DNA of 63,719 nucleotides, filler included, from Choristocarpus tenellus KU-1152 (Eukaryota > Protista > Phaeophyceae): assembly GCA_964200185.2 (NCBI GenBank). It is 11 parts of 11 records of this genome, joined end to end, with 100 filler letters (N's around TTAATTAATTAA, not from the genome) between each part and the next. Parts side by side here need not be neighbours in the genome. Positions count along the whole stretch, not along the records: positions 48,818 to 53,090 come from CAXNAD020015351.1; positions 53,191 to 58,119 come from CAXNAD020012492.1; positions 58,220 to 61,040 come from CAXNAD020024460.1; positions 61,141 to 63,719 come from CAXNAD020026593.1; 7 more parts are not named here. One strand, given 5' to 3'. The notes under the pieces were generated by a model, which worked only from the letters and a program-made list of their open reading frames with translations, did not search any database and was not told the origin of the DNA. Positions 52,301 to 63,719 of the stretch are shown in pieces (position 1 is the stretch's first letter; the number at the start of each line of letters is the position of its first letter). A program made the position numbers and the translations under genes.

Positions 52301-52676
52301 TGAACTGCCGATTTTCCAATTAGATATGGTGCGGATAATTTCATAATTTGTTGAACTGAGGTTATTACACTGTTACAGTTTGTAACACTCTTTCCACAAT
52401 AGTGTGATGGATCCTAGATCTGTGGTCAAGAGATAATATATTTTTGCCTTGTTTTGTTCTGGTGAATCCAGCTTTGCTATTGTGTATTGGGAGGTGCTCA
52501 CGCTTGAAGTTCCTTGGAGGAGTAAACGCGATGGCGCAATCATACACAATGTGTACATTAGGAAGGAGCGCCCACAGCTGCCTCCGGACACACCTACCAA
52601 AATCAAGACGATCATCACCAAGTGCTGGGATACAGATCAAAGGAAGTGACCAACTTTTGAGGATGTGGAGGAGATG
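49329..52676 (+). pseudogene. TKL-type protein kinase gene with one in-frame stop; exons 49329-49448 (tentative), 49723-49824, 49942-50127, 50387-50593, 51706-51851, 52472-52676; partial
   Basis: IGKGAFGE|VY, AAAKII, FTEFLPGGDL, IVHGDIKSMNV, |IADFGLSR, TIAWTAPEVF, SDVYS|FAIVYWEV, CWDTDQRK*PTFEDV. All borders are GT-AG and in phase. TGA at 52647-52649. Confidence 0.85.
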
Positions 52677-53669
52677 GTAAGGATCTCATAACATATGAAG
52701 TATAACATGTTTGGGGTCTATTATACTGTGCATCTCTACTTCACCAGTTTGTTCCTACTCTCCCTTAAATTTGTAGCTGTGGGGATTATGAACCTTATCT
52801 CAAGCTGGTGGTAGTTAGGTTCTGTTGTCACTGTTGACTGTTCATAACGGTAGAGTTGTCCCTATTGCAGTGCACCATGTGGTTTAGTTTTTTGCTGGTG
52901 GCTCCTTGTTCATGCATAAGAGCTGGAACCTGACTGACTCCTGAATTTCCTTTGTTTCCATACAGCCCTCCTCATCATGGGGTCAATCTAACTGTACCTC
53001 TTTTTTATCTCCTGTTTTTTGTTGATCCTAACCCTAACCCTCAGATATTCGTTTATATTACAATTGCATAGGAATGTCTACGATTTTCATNNNNNNNNNN
53101 NNNNNNNNNNNNNNNNNNNNNNNNNNNNNNNNNNTTAATTAATTAANNNNNNNNNNNNNNNNNNNNNNNNNNNNNNNNNNNNNNNNNNNNGGGGGTGATG
53201 CGGAAAGCATGTTTGTCTGTCGTTATACCGTTATTTCCGTATGTATATCTATACGTTTATACCGTCGTACCGACTGAGGTTCCTTGTCAAGCATCCATGA
53301 TTCCACTGGCAGACCTTCCGTCAGAATGAAACCATGGAATCTCTTCACCAGACTAATCCCACGGACTTGGGACAGCTCGTCATTCATAGTTATTACACAT
53401 GAAAAATCCACTTTGTTCTCACTTCTTGACTTGTAGTCATGAGACCCTTCTTTGAAATGCGGAGTAGATAAAACTTTCCGATAGTGAATTTCATTATCCA
53501 CACTCTACTACACCATGTCCTGTATATGTGAGAGCCATCTTCCAATGAAGGTGTACGTTGAAGGTAACCTATCTTGAAGAATCTGATATTCAGATGACAT
53601 TTGTTCTTGCATGTTGAAGGTAACATCTGCTTGAAGTAAATTGCGGGTGGTTTGAGGGAACGTTGCAAG

Positions 53670-53827
53670 CCCCCTCATTCACTTCCCACTTGTTCACTCC
53701 TTTCCTGAGTGATCTTCTGAGGGATTGGTCTCCCTCTTGACTTGTCTCTTTCCTTTTCCTTGCCTCTTATGGGTCTTCCCCGTCCCCTTCACTACGAAGA
53801 ACCTGTCGGCTTGTTCCATCTGTTTCA
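53670..53827 (+). repeat. Dispersed ~155-bp pyrimidine-rich repeat, copy 2
   Basis: Similar to 15195-15351. Confidence 0.75.
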
Positions 53828-55151
53828 CATATATAAAATATATAGAGCGGAAAACGTTTTTAAATCAATCACTTTACTCTTTTCTGGTTTTCGAAAAGCG
53901 GAACAGCACCTTCAAGTTACAGATGAGGGTTTTGAAAATTTATTTCTTCACTATGTCCCTTTTATCAATAGGTGTTTCACCGAAATTCTCTTTCATGTTG
54001 AAGTCCAGACCCCACACTTTCCACAAATATTTTACATATTGCCTTCAACATCTATCCCCCATTTCTACAATCATATTTGTATTGTTCAACCAACCCTCAT
54101 TCATCTAATAAGTCAGTCACCTTCATCACGAACCGATGTTTGTAACACCCATTAAATTATATTATTGGCGGAACAGTTTCTACCGAAACATCACGTCGCA
54201 CTTCATCGGTCCATTCGAACAGGCCGATATCTTCTGTATAGAGGGGCGATTTAATGTCCTTGTCAAGTAAGGGTGGGTTCAATTGATAGTGGTATTGTCT
54301 TGACACTGCATTTTCGACCCCGTTGCCCCGTTCTGCGTGTGGGGGTGTCTGTATCGTGATTTAGTCGGCTGTAAGAGGTTGCCTCACCTCCCTACTTGCA
54401 ACTTAGACCTAACACGTGGTGGATGCTGCCTACAACTTATCCCAATCATAGTAGATGGCATGGTTATTGATTTCAATTTTGTCGGCAATTCACCTTTTAC
54501 CCTTCTACACCAAAATATCCCAGAAATTCGCTATATTCTCTTGGAAACCAACGAACCATTCTTGCTATTTTGAACCAAGGTTCAATATCGCTACCCTTAT
54601 ATTTATCAACAACAGAATCATTCTTATGACAATTTGAGGTATGCATTGACCTTTTGTTTTGTAATGGAAGCATTTCAATGGAGGATTTTGGACTGACATG
54701 TCGGCAACCTCATTCCACAATATCCTTGACCTTCCCCGTTAATAAAACTCATAAATTAGAATCTCGTGTATAAATTGTCCAATTAAAATGCGATCTTAGT
54801 CATATCAGTTTGGAAACTTCATTTATGGGAGTGGATCCTAAGGAATATAGTCCAAATAATGTCAAAGTTTTCGCCAAAAATATGTTGATACTAAAGAGAA
54901 AAAAAAACTATTATTGTAAGTATATAGTATATTCCTCCAACAAATCAACCGAATATATTCTGAATCCTTGGAACTGTTACTTGCACAAATATATGACAAC
55001 ATTCCACATATCTCACATATTCTAACCCTAACCCATTTTTATGATCTTGTAAGATGCAACCTACTGTTGTTGATGATAGACGAAAACACAAACCATAACT
55101 TAAGCCCCACTCTAAAAAAACGAGCAGATCACCATCACCTAATACGAAAAA

Positions 55152-55889
55152 ATGAAACTCCCCAACCTCATCAGCTTAGCCCTCGCCATCTTCGCTCTGC
55201 TCGCTTCGTCGTCCGCAAGAGGCAAGAACTGTGATGGAACATATGACGGCATGATCGTCTACGGGTTTGATCAGACCTATACCTTCCCACCTTCAGAGTT
55301 CCTAGTGCCCATGGCCGACTCTGTCAACACTGAGGCATTTCGTTCCGCCGCCGTCGCCCACTACAATTATGTGTATGGCTTTAATTTCGACCCATCCGTC
55401 AAAACTGTACAATCCAACGACGGCTTTCTCTTTCTTCCGTTGATGACTAACGAGGAACTCAAGTACTACGTTCTAGGATATGACATGCGGATAGAGGTGC
55501 CAGGACTGCCGAAGAAGAAGAGCAAACTCCAAGTCGGAAATGCGTACTTTGAGGATTACGTGTATATGGTCAGATCGGCTTCCGCCATGGAAATGGATAC
55601 ACCGAGTGGCTTCACGGTACCAGTAGGAGATTTCTTGGTGTATGGCAAGTATGAGTTGGTGACGGACGGGTCGGTAGTAGGGGTGCTGCAGTACAGCCAG
55701 CCAACAAACACCACGGTGGTATCAGATGGTCGTCTTAATTGCGACATTTTCCATGAGAGTGGGCTAACTGGCAAGGCATTGGGATTCGCCTACGCAACTT
55801 CGGACGGGCAGACTAACAGGATTCAGAGCAAGAACACGATTGCATTTGGGACCAATTCGGCACGGGGTACGAGATGTGACAAAATTTGA
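55152..55889 (+). CDS. Intronless secreted protein of unknown function (245 aa)
   Basis: Uninterrupted ATG-TGA ORF, more GC-rich than its flanks. Signal-peptide-like N-terminus MKLPNLISLALAIFALLASSSARG. The mature part is rich in aromatic and beta-strand residues and has 3 Cys. Confidence 0.8.
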   Translation: MKLPNLISLALAIFALLASSSARGKNCDGTYDGMIVYGFDQTYTFPPSEFLVPMADSVNTEAFRSAAVAHYNYVYGFNFDPSVKTVQSNDGFLFLPLMTNEELKYYVLGYDMRIEVPGLPKKKSKLQVGNAYFEDYVYMVRSASAMEMDTPSGFTVPVGDFLVYGKYELVTDGSVVGVLQYSQPTNTTVVSDGRLNCDIFHESGLTGKALGFAYATSDGQTNRIQSKNTIAFGTNSARGTRCDKI

Positions 55890-58063
55890 AAAGGCAAAAC
55901 TGGTGAGGAACGAAAGGTTGGGAGGAAGCTCGACCTTTGATACCCCACTCTACGACTTCAATAGACTTGGAACCTACCCCCTATCCACTAATTTTCAATA
56001 TATGTGGGTCCTGTAGGGTAGCATGATCCACGCTACCTGCAGCATAGTAAACAAGCCCACCTCATAACCTCACTCATGGCCCAACATCACGCGAATATGG
56101 TCATGTTCACCAGACATTTCCGTTGGACTTTGCGTTGGGAAAGGGGTCTGGCCTAGAATAGACTCATTGGTACTGGTGGTGGTGTCTCTGTATTGCTGGT
56201 AGGTGTACAGGCGCTGACATATTTTCTGATATATGATCAAATTGATATATGGCCCTCCTCGCAGGATGTGAATTTTTTTATGCTGGACCCAACAACTGTA
56301 CTTTATGTTGACTCTCCTAGTCTTAATGTCTCCTGTATTTTTGTTGCTTCTGTTTTATTTCGGTGTTTTCTGCTCTTCGTAGCATTTTTTTGTATCTCTA
56401 AGTCTTGTCATCTATATCAGAATTTCTGTTATCTTTTGTATTTCCTCCCTGAACTCGAATTTGAGCATACTGATGTTCCCCCCTTCTCCATTACAACATA
56501 TGCCAAAGGTTTGAGCATTATTGCATCCATCCACTGAATTGATGTAAGATAGTCAACCAATCAATTTCTTTGACGTGCTTCCTGATCTCATCTTTGACCG
56601 GTCACTTCTCCACAACATTCTTCTGAACCCAATGTTCCTGGCCTTTTCCGCCAAATACCTGTTCGCCCTCAAATTAATTACAGAGGAATAATAACTGGAA
56701 AGTTCGACCAGAGCAGGTGCTCGAAGAAGACGAATAAGGAGAGTAAGTCACAAGGAAGACATGGTGGCGAGCATAGCTAGGTGGTGTTGTGGTGGCAGTA
56801 GAGAGTATCTCAAATCTCATTCTGTGGATTATGAGGAGATGATGAGGAACTCTAGGGGGGAACCATAGTAACAGGAGGGCAACTTCAAGCATTTATAAAT
56901 GATTTCGTCAAGGGTATATTACTCTAATCCATGAGCAGAACATCATGCTCATCTTTGGAATCGTCTTACTTATAGGTTGAGGAGCTTTCCGTTTTGCATG
57001 GGATGTGGTCTGTCAAGTTTGTGCAGTCAAATGGACCAGGTCATTCAGGAACAGGAACAAAACGTGGAGAGCATCTGTCACTTGCTTCCTTCATTCTTTC
57101 TACTTCATCGATCAAGAGTTTAGAGGTCACAACATTGAAATCTGTGACACAGGGAGGCGCAAAACTGACAACAAGGATGTTTTATCAACCCAATAATGTT
57201 GTAGGAGCACTGAATTAATTCATCCTAGACTCACTGGAGTATATATCGGTAGAAAGAGGTGGTTTCAAGGGGGGAGGAAACGAGAAAACAGATCGTACGC
57301 AAGCAACTCTATCCGTCAATAGAAGTGTAAAATTTTAAGCAAGACTCGGGATTGGTCTGAGGCAGACAAGCCTTATTTTTTCCTTGGTACTGGGTACTTC
57401 TCTTGGTGAGGGAGGATTTTTCTGTTTTTATGCTTGAACTCATAGTACCCTCACTTCTACGTTGTAAGAAATCACAAACGAAAATATTAGATACAATTGA
57501 ACATTTGATACGAGATTTCTGCCAACTGTTGTGTATTGATATCTCTGAAACAAAGCCCGTTCTATCCCCTAGAGATATGGATAAAAAGTGTGTGTGGATT
57601 CACTTATCTAACCAATGCCTACGCTCTTTTAAAGCACTTACAGTCTACCTAGAGCCTTCACATAGGCAAGATACATATATCCAGGGGGACTGATAAATAA
57701 CCCACTTAAATTGTGAAATTCCGAGTTCCTCTATTACGAAGATCATTAAAGTTCGATCTCGTCCTATCAAATCACATCGAAAATCTTCGATCGTAGTTAT
57801 CTCCTGATATATTCTGACCCCATGAACTCTCAACATGTCCACGTGTTGGTGGCAACATCAGGAGCATATTGGTTATTATTATTCTTATTACAAACATTCC
57901 TATCGTTTTAGATGTCATTATGAATCTTCACATTAGTCTGGGGGATCCAGACCCACAATTAAAAGGTAGTCAAGAAGGGAATGATCCTCGAGTAGGACTT
58001 GGAAGGACTTAACATGTTAATTTGGTCTTTTGGAACATACGTGGGAATCGTCAACTTGGAAAA

Positions 58064-58119
58064 GGGTCAAAGTATCTGGGAGGGGGTAGCGGCTGTCCAT
58101 TTGGGGTCAATTTTTTCAT
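58064..58119 (-). mobile_element. MITE family B1 end (contig end)
   Basis: GGGTCAAAGTATCTGGGAGGGGGTAGCGGCTGTCCATTTGGGGTCAATTTTT is the reverse complement of the B1 right end. Confidence 0.8.
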
Positions 58120-58791
58120 NNNNNNNNNNNNNNNNNNNNNNNNNNNNNNNNNNNNNNNNNNNNTTAATTAATTAANNNNNNNNNNNNNNNNNNNNNNNNN
58201 NNNNNNNNNNNNNNNNNNNTTAAATTAAGGGGGGGGGGGGGGGTTTCACGTCCAAAGAGTCTCCTCCATATGGTGTCTGTGGATGTTGAAGAACAAACCC
58301 AGTGGATAGGTGTTTTGGCACTCGATTGAAAGGTGTTGGTTGGGACTACTTAAGTAATCGCCTCAGAAAACAGTCACAGAGAATCCTACACAAGGACAAC
58401 ACCCCCCTTCTATTAGTTGAACACTTTGGCTCAGAGCATGGGGCTGTGGGACAGGGGCTGGAAAATTCGGTTCGAGAGCAAGTACAAGAACTTTCTATTA
58501 CCTACAAGGCGGTTAGAGCCACCAAGGGCCTGCAATGCTCAACGAAAGCTTGGTACACGGGTAAGATTGGCCGGCGTTCTGTGATGACTTTCCAACAGTA
58601 ACAGACTACAGCATCTGAATGAAGGACACGGGTGAACAGGAGGTTGAGTCATTGAAAGCAAAAATTGTGGACAATTTGCTATACATATATAGTATATATA
58701 TCCATACTTGGCGCTTAACTCAGTCTCGCTCTTTGTTCAAACTGGAATTGCAACCCTCAAGGCACCAAAAGGCAAAATAGGGTTCTGACAG

Positions 58792-58909
58792 GAAGTGAAA
58801 GTATGTTAGGGTTAGGGTACGAGTTTTGTCCTGTTTGTCCGTTTGGGACTTGACTTCCAACAGGCTTTTTACGACATTTTACCTACTCCAAAATGTTTCG
58901 GAGTAGGTG

Positions 58910-58940
<31 letters not shown>

Positions 58941-59093
58941 CGTTTTTGCAGTAGGCATCCCATGTATATGTCTAGGAAAAGGATATTGACACTTCCTAAC
59001 AAACACGATAGCCAAAATCACATCAAAATCGCAACATCAGATATTGGCTCCCAAACGGATGGGGCTCTCTACCCTCTAAAGATACTTTGACTC
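58792..59093 (+). mobile_element. MITE family A with TTAGGG in the left TIR and internal (TA)n
   Basis: GAAGTGAAAGTATGTTAGGGTTAGGGTACGAG ... ACCCTCTAAAGATACTTTGACTC. Confidence 0.88.
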
Positions 59094-59376
59094 ACAAAGA
59101 GGGGGTGGGCGTTAAGAAGCTGTCGTCCGCGAGGGGGCGGAAGTGTCTGGCATCACTCGAACTTGTTGACACCATCCTCTTATTGCCACGGTAAAAAAAG
59201 AATAAAAAGAAAAAAGGAAAGACAAACGCGACCAATCGTAAGTGATCAAACGCACCAAAGAAGAAGCGAGAAGAAGGGACCGTGAACTAGCTGGTTTGAG
59301 ACTCTGACAGAATCAGAAGCTGGGACAGTTTCGCCACGGAGCAGGGGTACTGGTGTGGGCAGGGATGACAGAGGAG

Positions 59377-59656
59377 GAGCCGAAGTGCCTTAGAGGGTAG
59401 AGCCAAAGTCCATTTTGGGGAAAAAAATCCAATGTTGTGATTTTGATGTAATTATGGCTATCGTGTTTTTGTTAGGAAGTGTTAATATCCTTGTTCCGGA
59501 CACACACCTTTTCATATAACGTATACATTTCAACCTGCTCCAAAACATTTCGGGTTTGGAAAATGTAATTTAAAAAAAAACCCTGTGGGGAAGCCAAGCC
59601 CCAAACGGACAAACAGGGCAAAACTCGTGTTAACAACCTCTAAGATGCTTTCACTC
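59377..59656 (-). mobile_element. MITE family A
   Basis: GAGCCGAAGTGCCTTAGAGGGTAGAGCC ... CCTCTAAGATGCTTTCACTC. Confidence 0.88.
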
Positions 59657-59833
59657 AAGGATACTCTGCGTTAACAATATTTTACTGAGTAGACCAATCT
59701 ATAATGGCTCCACTTGTGCGAACGCCTCGCTGCATATGTGGCATAGTCCACCCCCTAATATCCGTGGAAGGAACCCTTGTGAACATAACGCAGTCTTAGT
59801 GCCCTATGAAGTACACTTTCCGCCAAGGCTGGA

Positions 59834-60102
59834 GAGTTAAAGTATCTTAGAGGGTACTATGGGTTTTGCCCTGTTTGTCCGTTTGAGGCTTGGCATCCCA
59901 CAGGGGGGGGGTTTTTTGCTACATTTTCCAAATCCGAAAAGTTTCAGAGTAGGTCAAGTGTATGCGTTATTGAAAGTTGTGCCCGGAACAAGGATATTGA
60001 CACTTCCTAACAAACACGATACCCAAAACTACATCAAAATCTGAACATTGGATTTCTTTTCCCCAAACGGACACGGCTCTACCCTTAAAGATAGTTCGAC
60101 TC
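59834..60102 (+). mobile_element. MITE family A
   Basis: GAGTTAAAGTATCTTAGAGGGTAC ... TACCCTTAAAGATAGTTCGACTC. Confidence 0.88.
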
Positions 60103-60295
60103 CTGAGTGGGGCAACTGCGCAAGGCTTGAGAAACAACTTGCATCCGGACTGTCTCATAACAATAATAGAGCCGGCCCAGCTCGCAGTGATTTCAGGAGT
60201 TTCCATTGATCAACTGACTTGAAGAGCCCTACCATGTACCACCTGGACCTTCACCCCTTCACATCATGGACACAGCGCAATACTTGACAGCACTA

Positions 60296-60588
60296 GACCC
60301 GAAGCATTTAAGAGGGTTAGGGTTAGGGTTAGGGCCGTGTCCGTTCAGGGTCATAAATCCGATGTTGAAATTTTGATGAATTTTGGCTATCGTGTTTGTT
60401 AGCGAGTGTCACTATCCTCGTTCCGGACGCACCTTCTCATAATGTATACATTTCATCTACTCAGAAATGTTTCTGTGTTCACACAGAAAACCGAAAAAAG
60501 GGCATAAAAAAAAAAAAACTGCGGGAAGCCAAGCTCCGAATTGACAAAGAGGGCGAAAGACTCCTACCCTCTTAAATATTTGTGCTTT
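60296..60588 (-). mobile_element. MITE family A (diverged) with (TTAGGG)3 at the TIR
   Basis: GAAGCATTTAAGAGGGTTAGGGTTAGGGTTAGGGCCGTGTCC ... CTACCCTCTTAAATATTT. Confidence 0.8.
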
Positions 60589-60714
60589 GGGTTACCATGC
60601 TATGCCCGGCACTCTCCAGTCCAGGGAAAATACTGGTACACATTTGCCGATGTTGTTTTCTGTCACCATCGGGTTCACAACATACCCCAGATCAAAACGC
60701 ATCAAACCTTAAGA

Positions 60715-61016
60715 GAGTCAAAGTAAACGAGAGATATCCCCAGTTGTTTTGTTTTGTTTTGTTTTGGGGGGGGAGGCGTTTTTCATTTTAAGCCACCTTT
60801 TTTTTGCTCGTCTTTGGCAATTTCAGCCGCATTTCCATTTTATTTTTAAGTACTAGAATTGATTTGAGAGTGTTGACTTCTCTCTACTGTTTAAAAAAAT
60901 ATATATACTACAGTATATGTGGAAGATCGATTTCCAAACGCGCATTTTTACGAGGACTCCCTAGTGTAGACCTCCCCCCCCCCCCCACCCCCCACCCCCC
61001 TCAGATACTTTAGGCC
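60715..61016. mobile_element. MITE with a family-C-type left end and a family-B-type right end
   Basis: GAGTCAAAGTAAACGAGAG ... CCCCCCTCAGATACTTTAGGCC. Confidence 0.6.
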
Positions 61017-61140
61017 GTTGATTTCTTATTTTGTCAGCCCNNNNNNNNNNNNNNNNNNNNNNNNNNNNNNNNNNNNNNNNNNNNTTAATTAATTAANNNN
61101 NNNNNNNNNNNNNNNNNNNNNNNNNNNNNNNNNNNNNNNN

Positions 61141-61200
61141 ACAACATTGTATTTTCACCACCAAATGGACGCGGCTCTACCCTCTAAGATACTTTGGCTC
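61141..61200 (+). mobile_element. MITE family A right end (contig start)
   Basis: CAAATGGACGCGGCTCTACCCTCTAAGATACTTTGGCTC. Confidence 0.85.
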
Positions 61201-63230
61201 AACCCTGAATTTTGCAATACACATGCCGAATTGTCGTTGTTTCAATTTTCATCAATTCAGTACTCATGTCCCCATATCTGGAGAATAGCGGCCCCATACA
61301 TATGGACAAGATTTTAAAGTTTAGGAAAGCCAGAGAACAAGGTATTTACACTCTCACCAGTGAGAGTTTGAAACCTTGGGTGAGGCCAAAGGGTTGAAAC
61401 AGTCGTGATTGGTTTTGGTCAGCAGAATGTCGTGTCTGCACAAGAACTTCCATATGATATACTCATTGTGGGATATACCTTGCACCATCATCGATTGACT
61501 TTAAGTTGTCCTACCTCCTGAAGATGCTGCAAAGATATACCCTGTACTTGGAGTATTTTGTGTTTCCTGCTCTACTATACGGACTTGAGGCAATATTCTT
61601 TTTGGAGATTTTGTTGTGTTCTGCAGGTCATCCCACACCCTCATCAACTCCATTTTGTTATGCATGAACCAACCCTTGATTGGCCTATTGTTTCACGTGG
61701 CAACTTCCAGATGCGTATCAGAGGCCACTCCAGAGTGGGGGGGGCAGGAACGCCCAACTTGCATGTAGCAAGAAATTCTAGGTCAAGACAGAGGTGTGAG
61801 GTTGGCGCAGGTGGAGACGTTTTGTGGGTGATGCCAAGGCAAGGAGGCAGGCCATGGGAAGTCCACTGCAGCGTGCTGGTGGTGTGGGCATCACAGCGCT
61901 CAACATGCGCCGTAACGACGTATTGGCTCTCCTTTGTGAAGAGCCGGAGAAAGCTCAGGTGGGTACAACGGGGCTTGAGAGTGCAAAATCATTTAGCAGG
62001 TGAGGATGCTCTCAGCATGCATGTTGTAGTAATGAAATATTACTGATACGTAGTGTAGCATACTGCCAGTTAAGAGTAGCACCCGAGGATTGGAAAATGA
62101 AGTGCTTCTCAGTAATCGTACGAAAAGTTTTTGCATTTTTGGAGTGCAACCAGAGGTACTCTGTTCATTTGTGAGTTTCCTTCGATGTTATTGTGTGCCA
62201 TGGATGCCGGTCCTGCAATCCCACAGGAGTGGATGGATGGAGGGAAGGGGAAGAAGAGTGCTTTGTTCAGTAAATGCTTTTTCCATGCTGTCAATCACTC
62301 TCCATCCAGCCTGTATTCCTCACCAGGAGCGCGTTAGCCAACGAAGATGTTTTTCACAGAGAGGGGTAGCGTTAAACTGCACCGCTCTTCTTTCCTAAAC
62401 CCACCCCTGGTTGGCTCTTTTCTCCTGCATTTTCACCCATTCCCTTTGTGTTACCAACACCTTCCTCGTGATTCTGGAGTCATGTCGGTTTCTGTTTGAT
62501 TGTATATTTGCAGTACCTCTTAGCCATTGGTACTCTTGAACGATTATGTTACAGCAGTTGACTTTGACAGAAGCAATATCTCCATTTGGTCTTATTCAAG
62601 GGTGCTGCATACCACTGTGGTGTTTGAAGGGTGTGTGTAAAAGTACGAGATGTGCAGCGCCATGCAGTCCTGGTTGTATTCCTGCGTTCAGTACCATTGA
62701 AGAGGAAGATAAGTTCGGTGCAGTGCAGAGGCTCATTCTGGCTTGGGCAATGTCACTCACGCCATGAGCCAGGCCGTGTATGTCATACTGAATGAACAGA
62801 GGCCAGTGCTACTTGTGTCCAAAAGAAATAAGAATGGGGCTTTTATTCAGCAGGGGGTCTCGTGTGGGTTTACAGACGATGGACAGAGGACCAAATATAG
62901 ATCACAGAGGCTGAAAATGGAAGAGGGACCTCTACGTTAAAGCCACTATAACAATTGATTTTGTTAATGATCTTAGGACTAATCTGTATTACTACTTGAC
63001 TGAGATTTAATCAAATGCATATTTCTTTATTAGAAAACATTTTTTTTCTTTAGATTTTTTAATGTATTGAATTTTATTATAAGCCTTTATCTGAAATTCC
63101 CGAGGTTACAAAGATGATTAATCAAAATATATACTCTCCTTAGAAATTATTGTAACTTTTTTCTGCTATATTACTGTTTTTAGTACTTCCTTATGATCTT
63201 TTTTATATACTACTGAGTGAATATGTGTTG

Positions 63231-63357
63231 GTGAGTACGAGTTTTGCTCTGTTTACCCGTTCGAGGCTTGACTTCCACGGATTTTAAAATACATTTTACC
63301 TACTCCAACGTGTTCCGGGTAGGTAAAATGTATATGTTGCCAAAAGGTGTGTCCAGA
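63231..63357 (+). mobile_element. Truncated MITE family A
   Basis: GTACGAGTTTTGCTCTGTTT..GGCTTGACTTCC..GTAGGTAAAATGTAT..AAGGTGTGTCC matches the first half of family A. Confidence 0.75.
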
Positions 63358-63719
63358 AGTAGCATACCTCCACTGGATGTATAGCTCCAATCTACAGGCC
63401 TATAGATGATACTGATGCACATATAGGACTCCTGATGCACAAGTCATCAAGTATGCTCGATCTCTCACTTGGATTATCATCAACATCATCGTATAAAAAG
63501 GAACTGGTCTACGATATCTTATCACAATCGGGGACCAAAATGACCAAAAAATAAATAAATAATCAAGAATAAATATATCAAATCTTGAACTTTAATGTCA
63601 TAATGGTGTTCATGAAACCGCCACCAAGACATATCGCCTGTAACATGCCCCCCTAGCATGAAGCATAACTGCTTCAATGCGATAAACAGGCGATTGTACA
63701 AGGAAATATAATGTCACTC

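Noticed and set aside
53191-54800. Possible viral or transposon coding relic beside the secreted gene
   Set aside because: Short broken frames with no motif I can identify.
61628-62940. Possible exons on the + strand
   Set aside because: Some splice-like sites, but no consistent frame or recognisable product.

Overview
Repeat-rich eukaryotic draft sequence, not prokaryotic. It consists of 11 small contigs joined by artificial 100-nt linkers (N44-TTAATTAATTAA-N44). GT-AG introns, TTAGGG repeats and the gene and transposon content suggest a brown alga or related stramenopile (inference). I could reconstruct these spliced genes: a complete 4-exon flavin-containing monooxygenase (FMO, minus strand) head-to-head with a complete 3-exon NDUFAF6; a TKL-type kinase with one nonsense codon; and partial TPR and PDI-like genes. 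There is also an intronless secreted protein. The rest is mostly decayed transposons (Ty3/gypsy, CRE-like non-LTR, DD39D-like mariner) plus a very abundant group of MITEs that share GAGTCAAAGTA ends, several with 4-bp TSDs (Sola2-like). The most striking observation is a ~230-bp stop-free fragment of a bacterial conjugative coupling protein gene (TraD/TrwB) inside FMO intron 1. Its sequence also offers splice sites for an in-frame 153-nt cassette exon.
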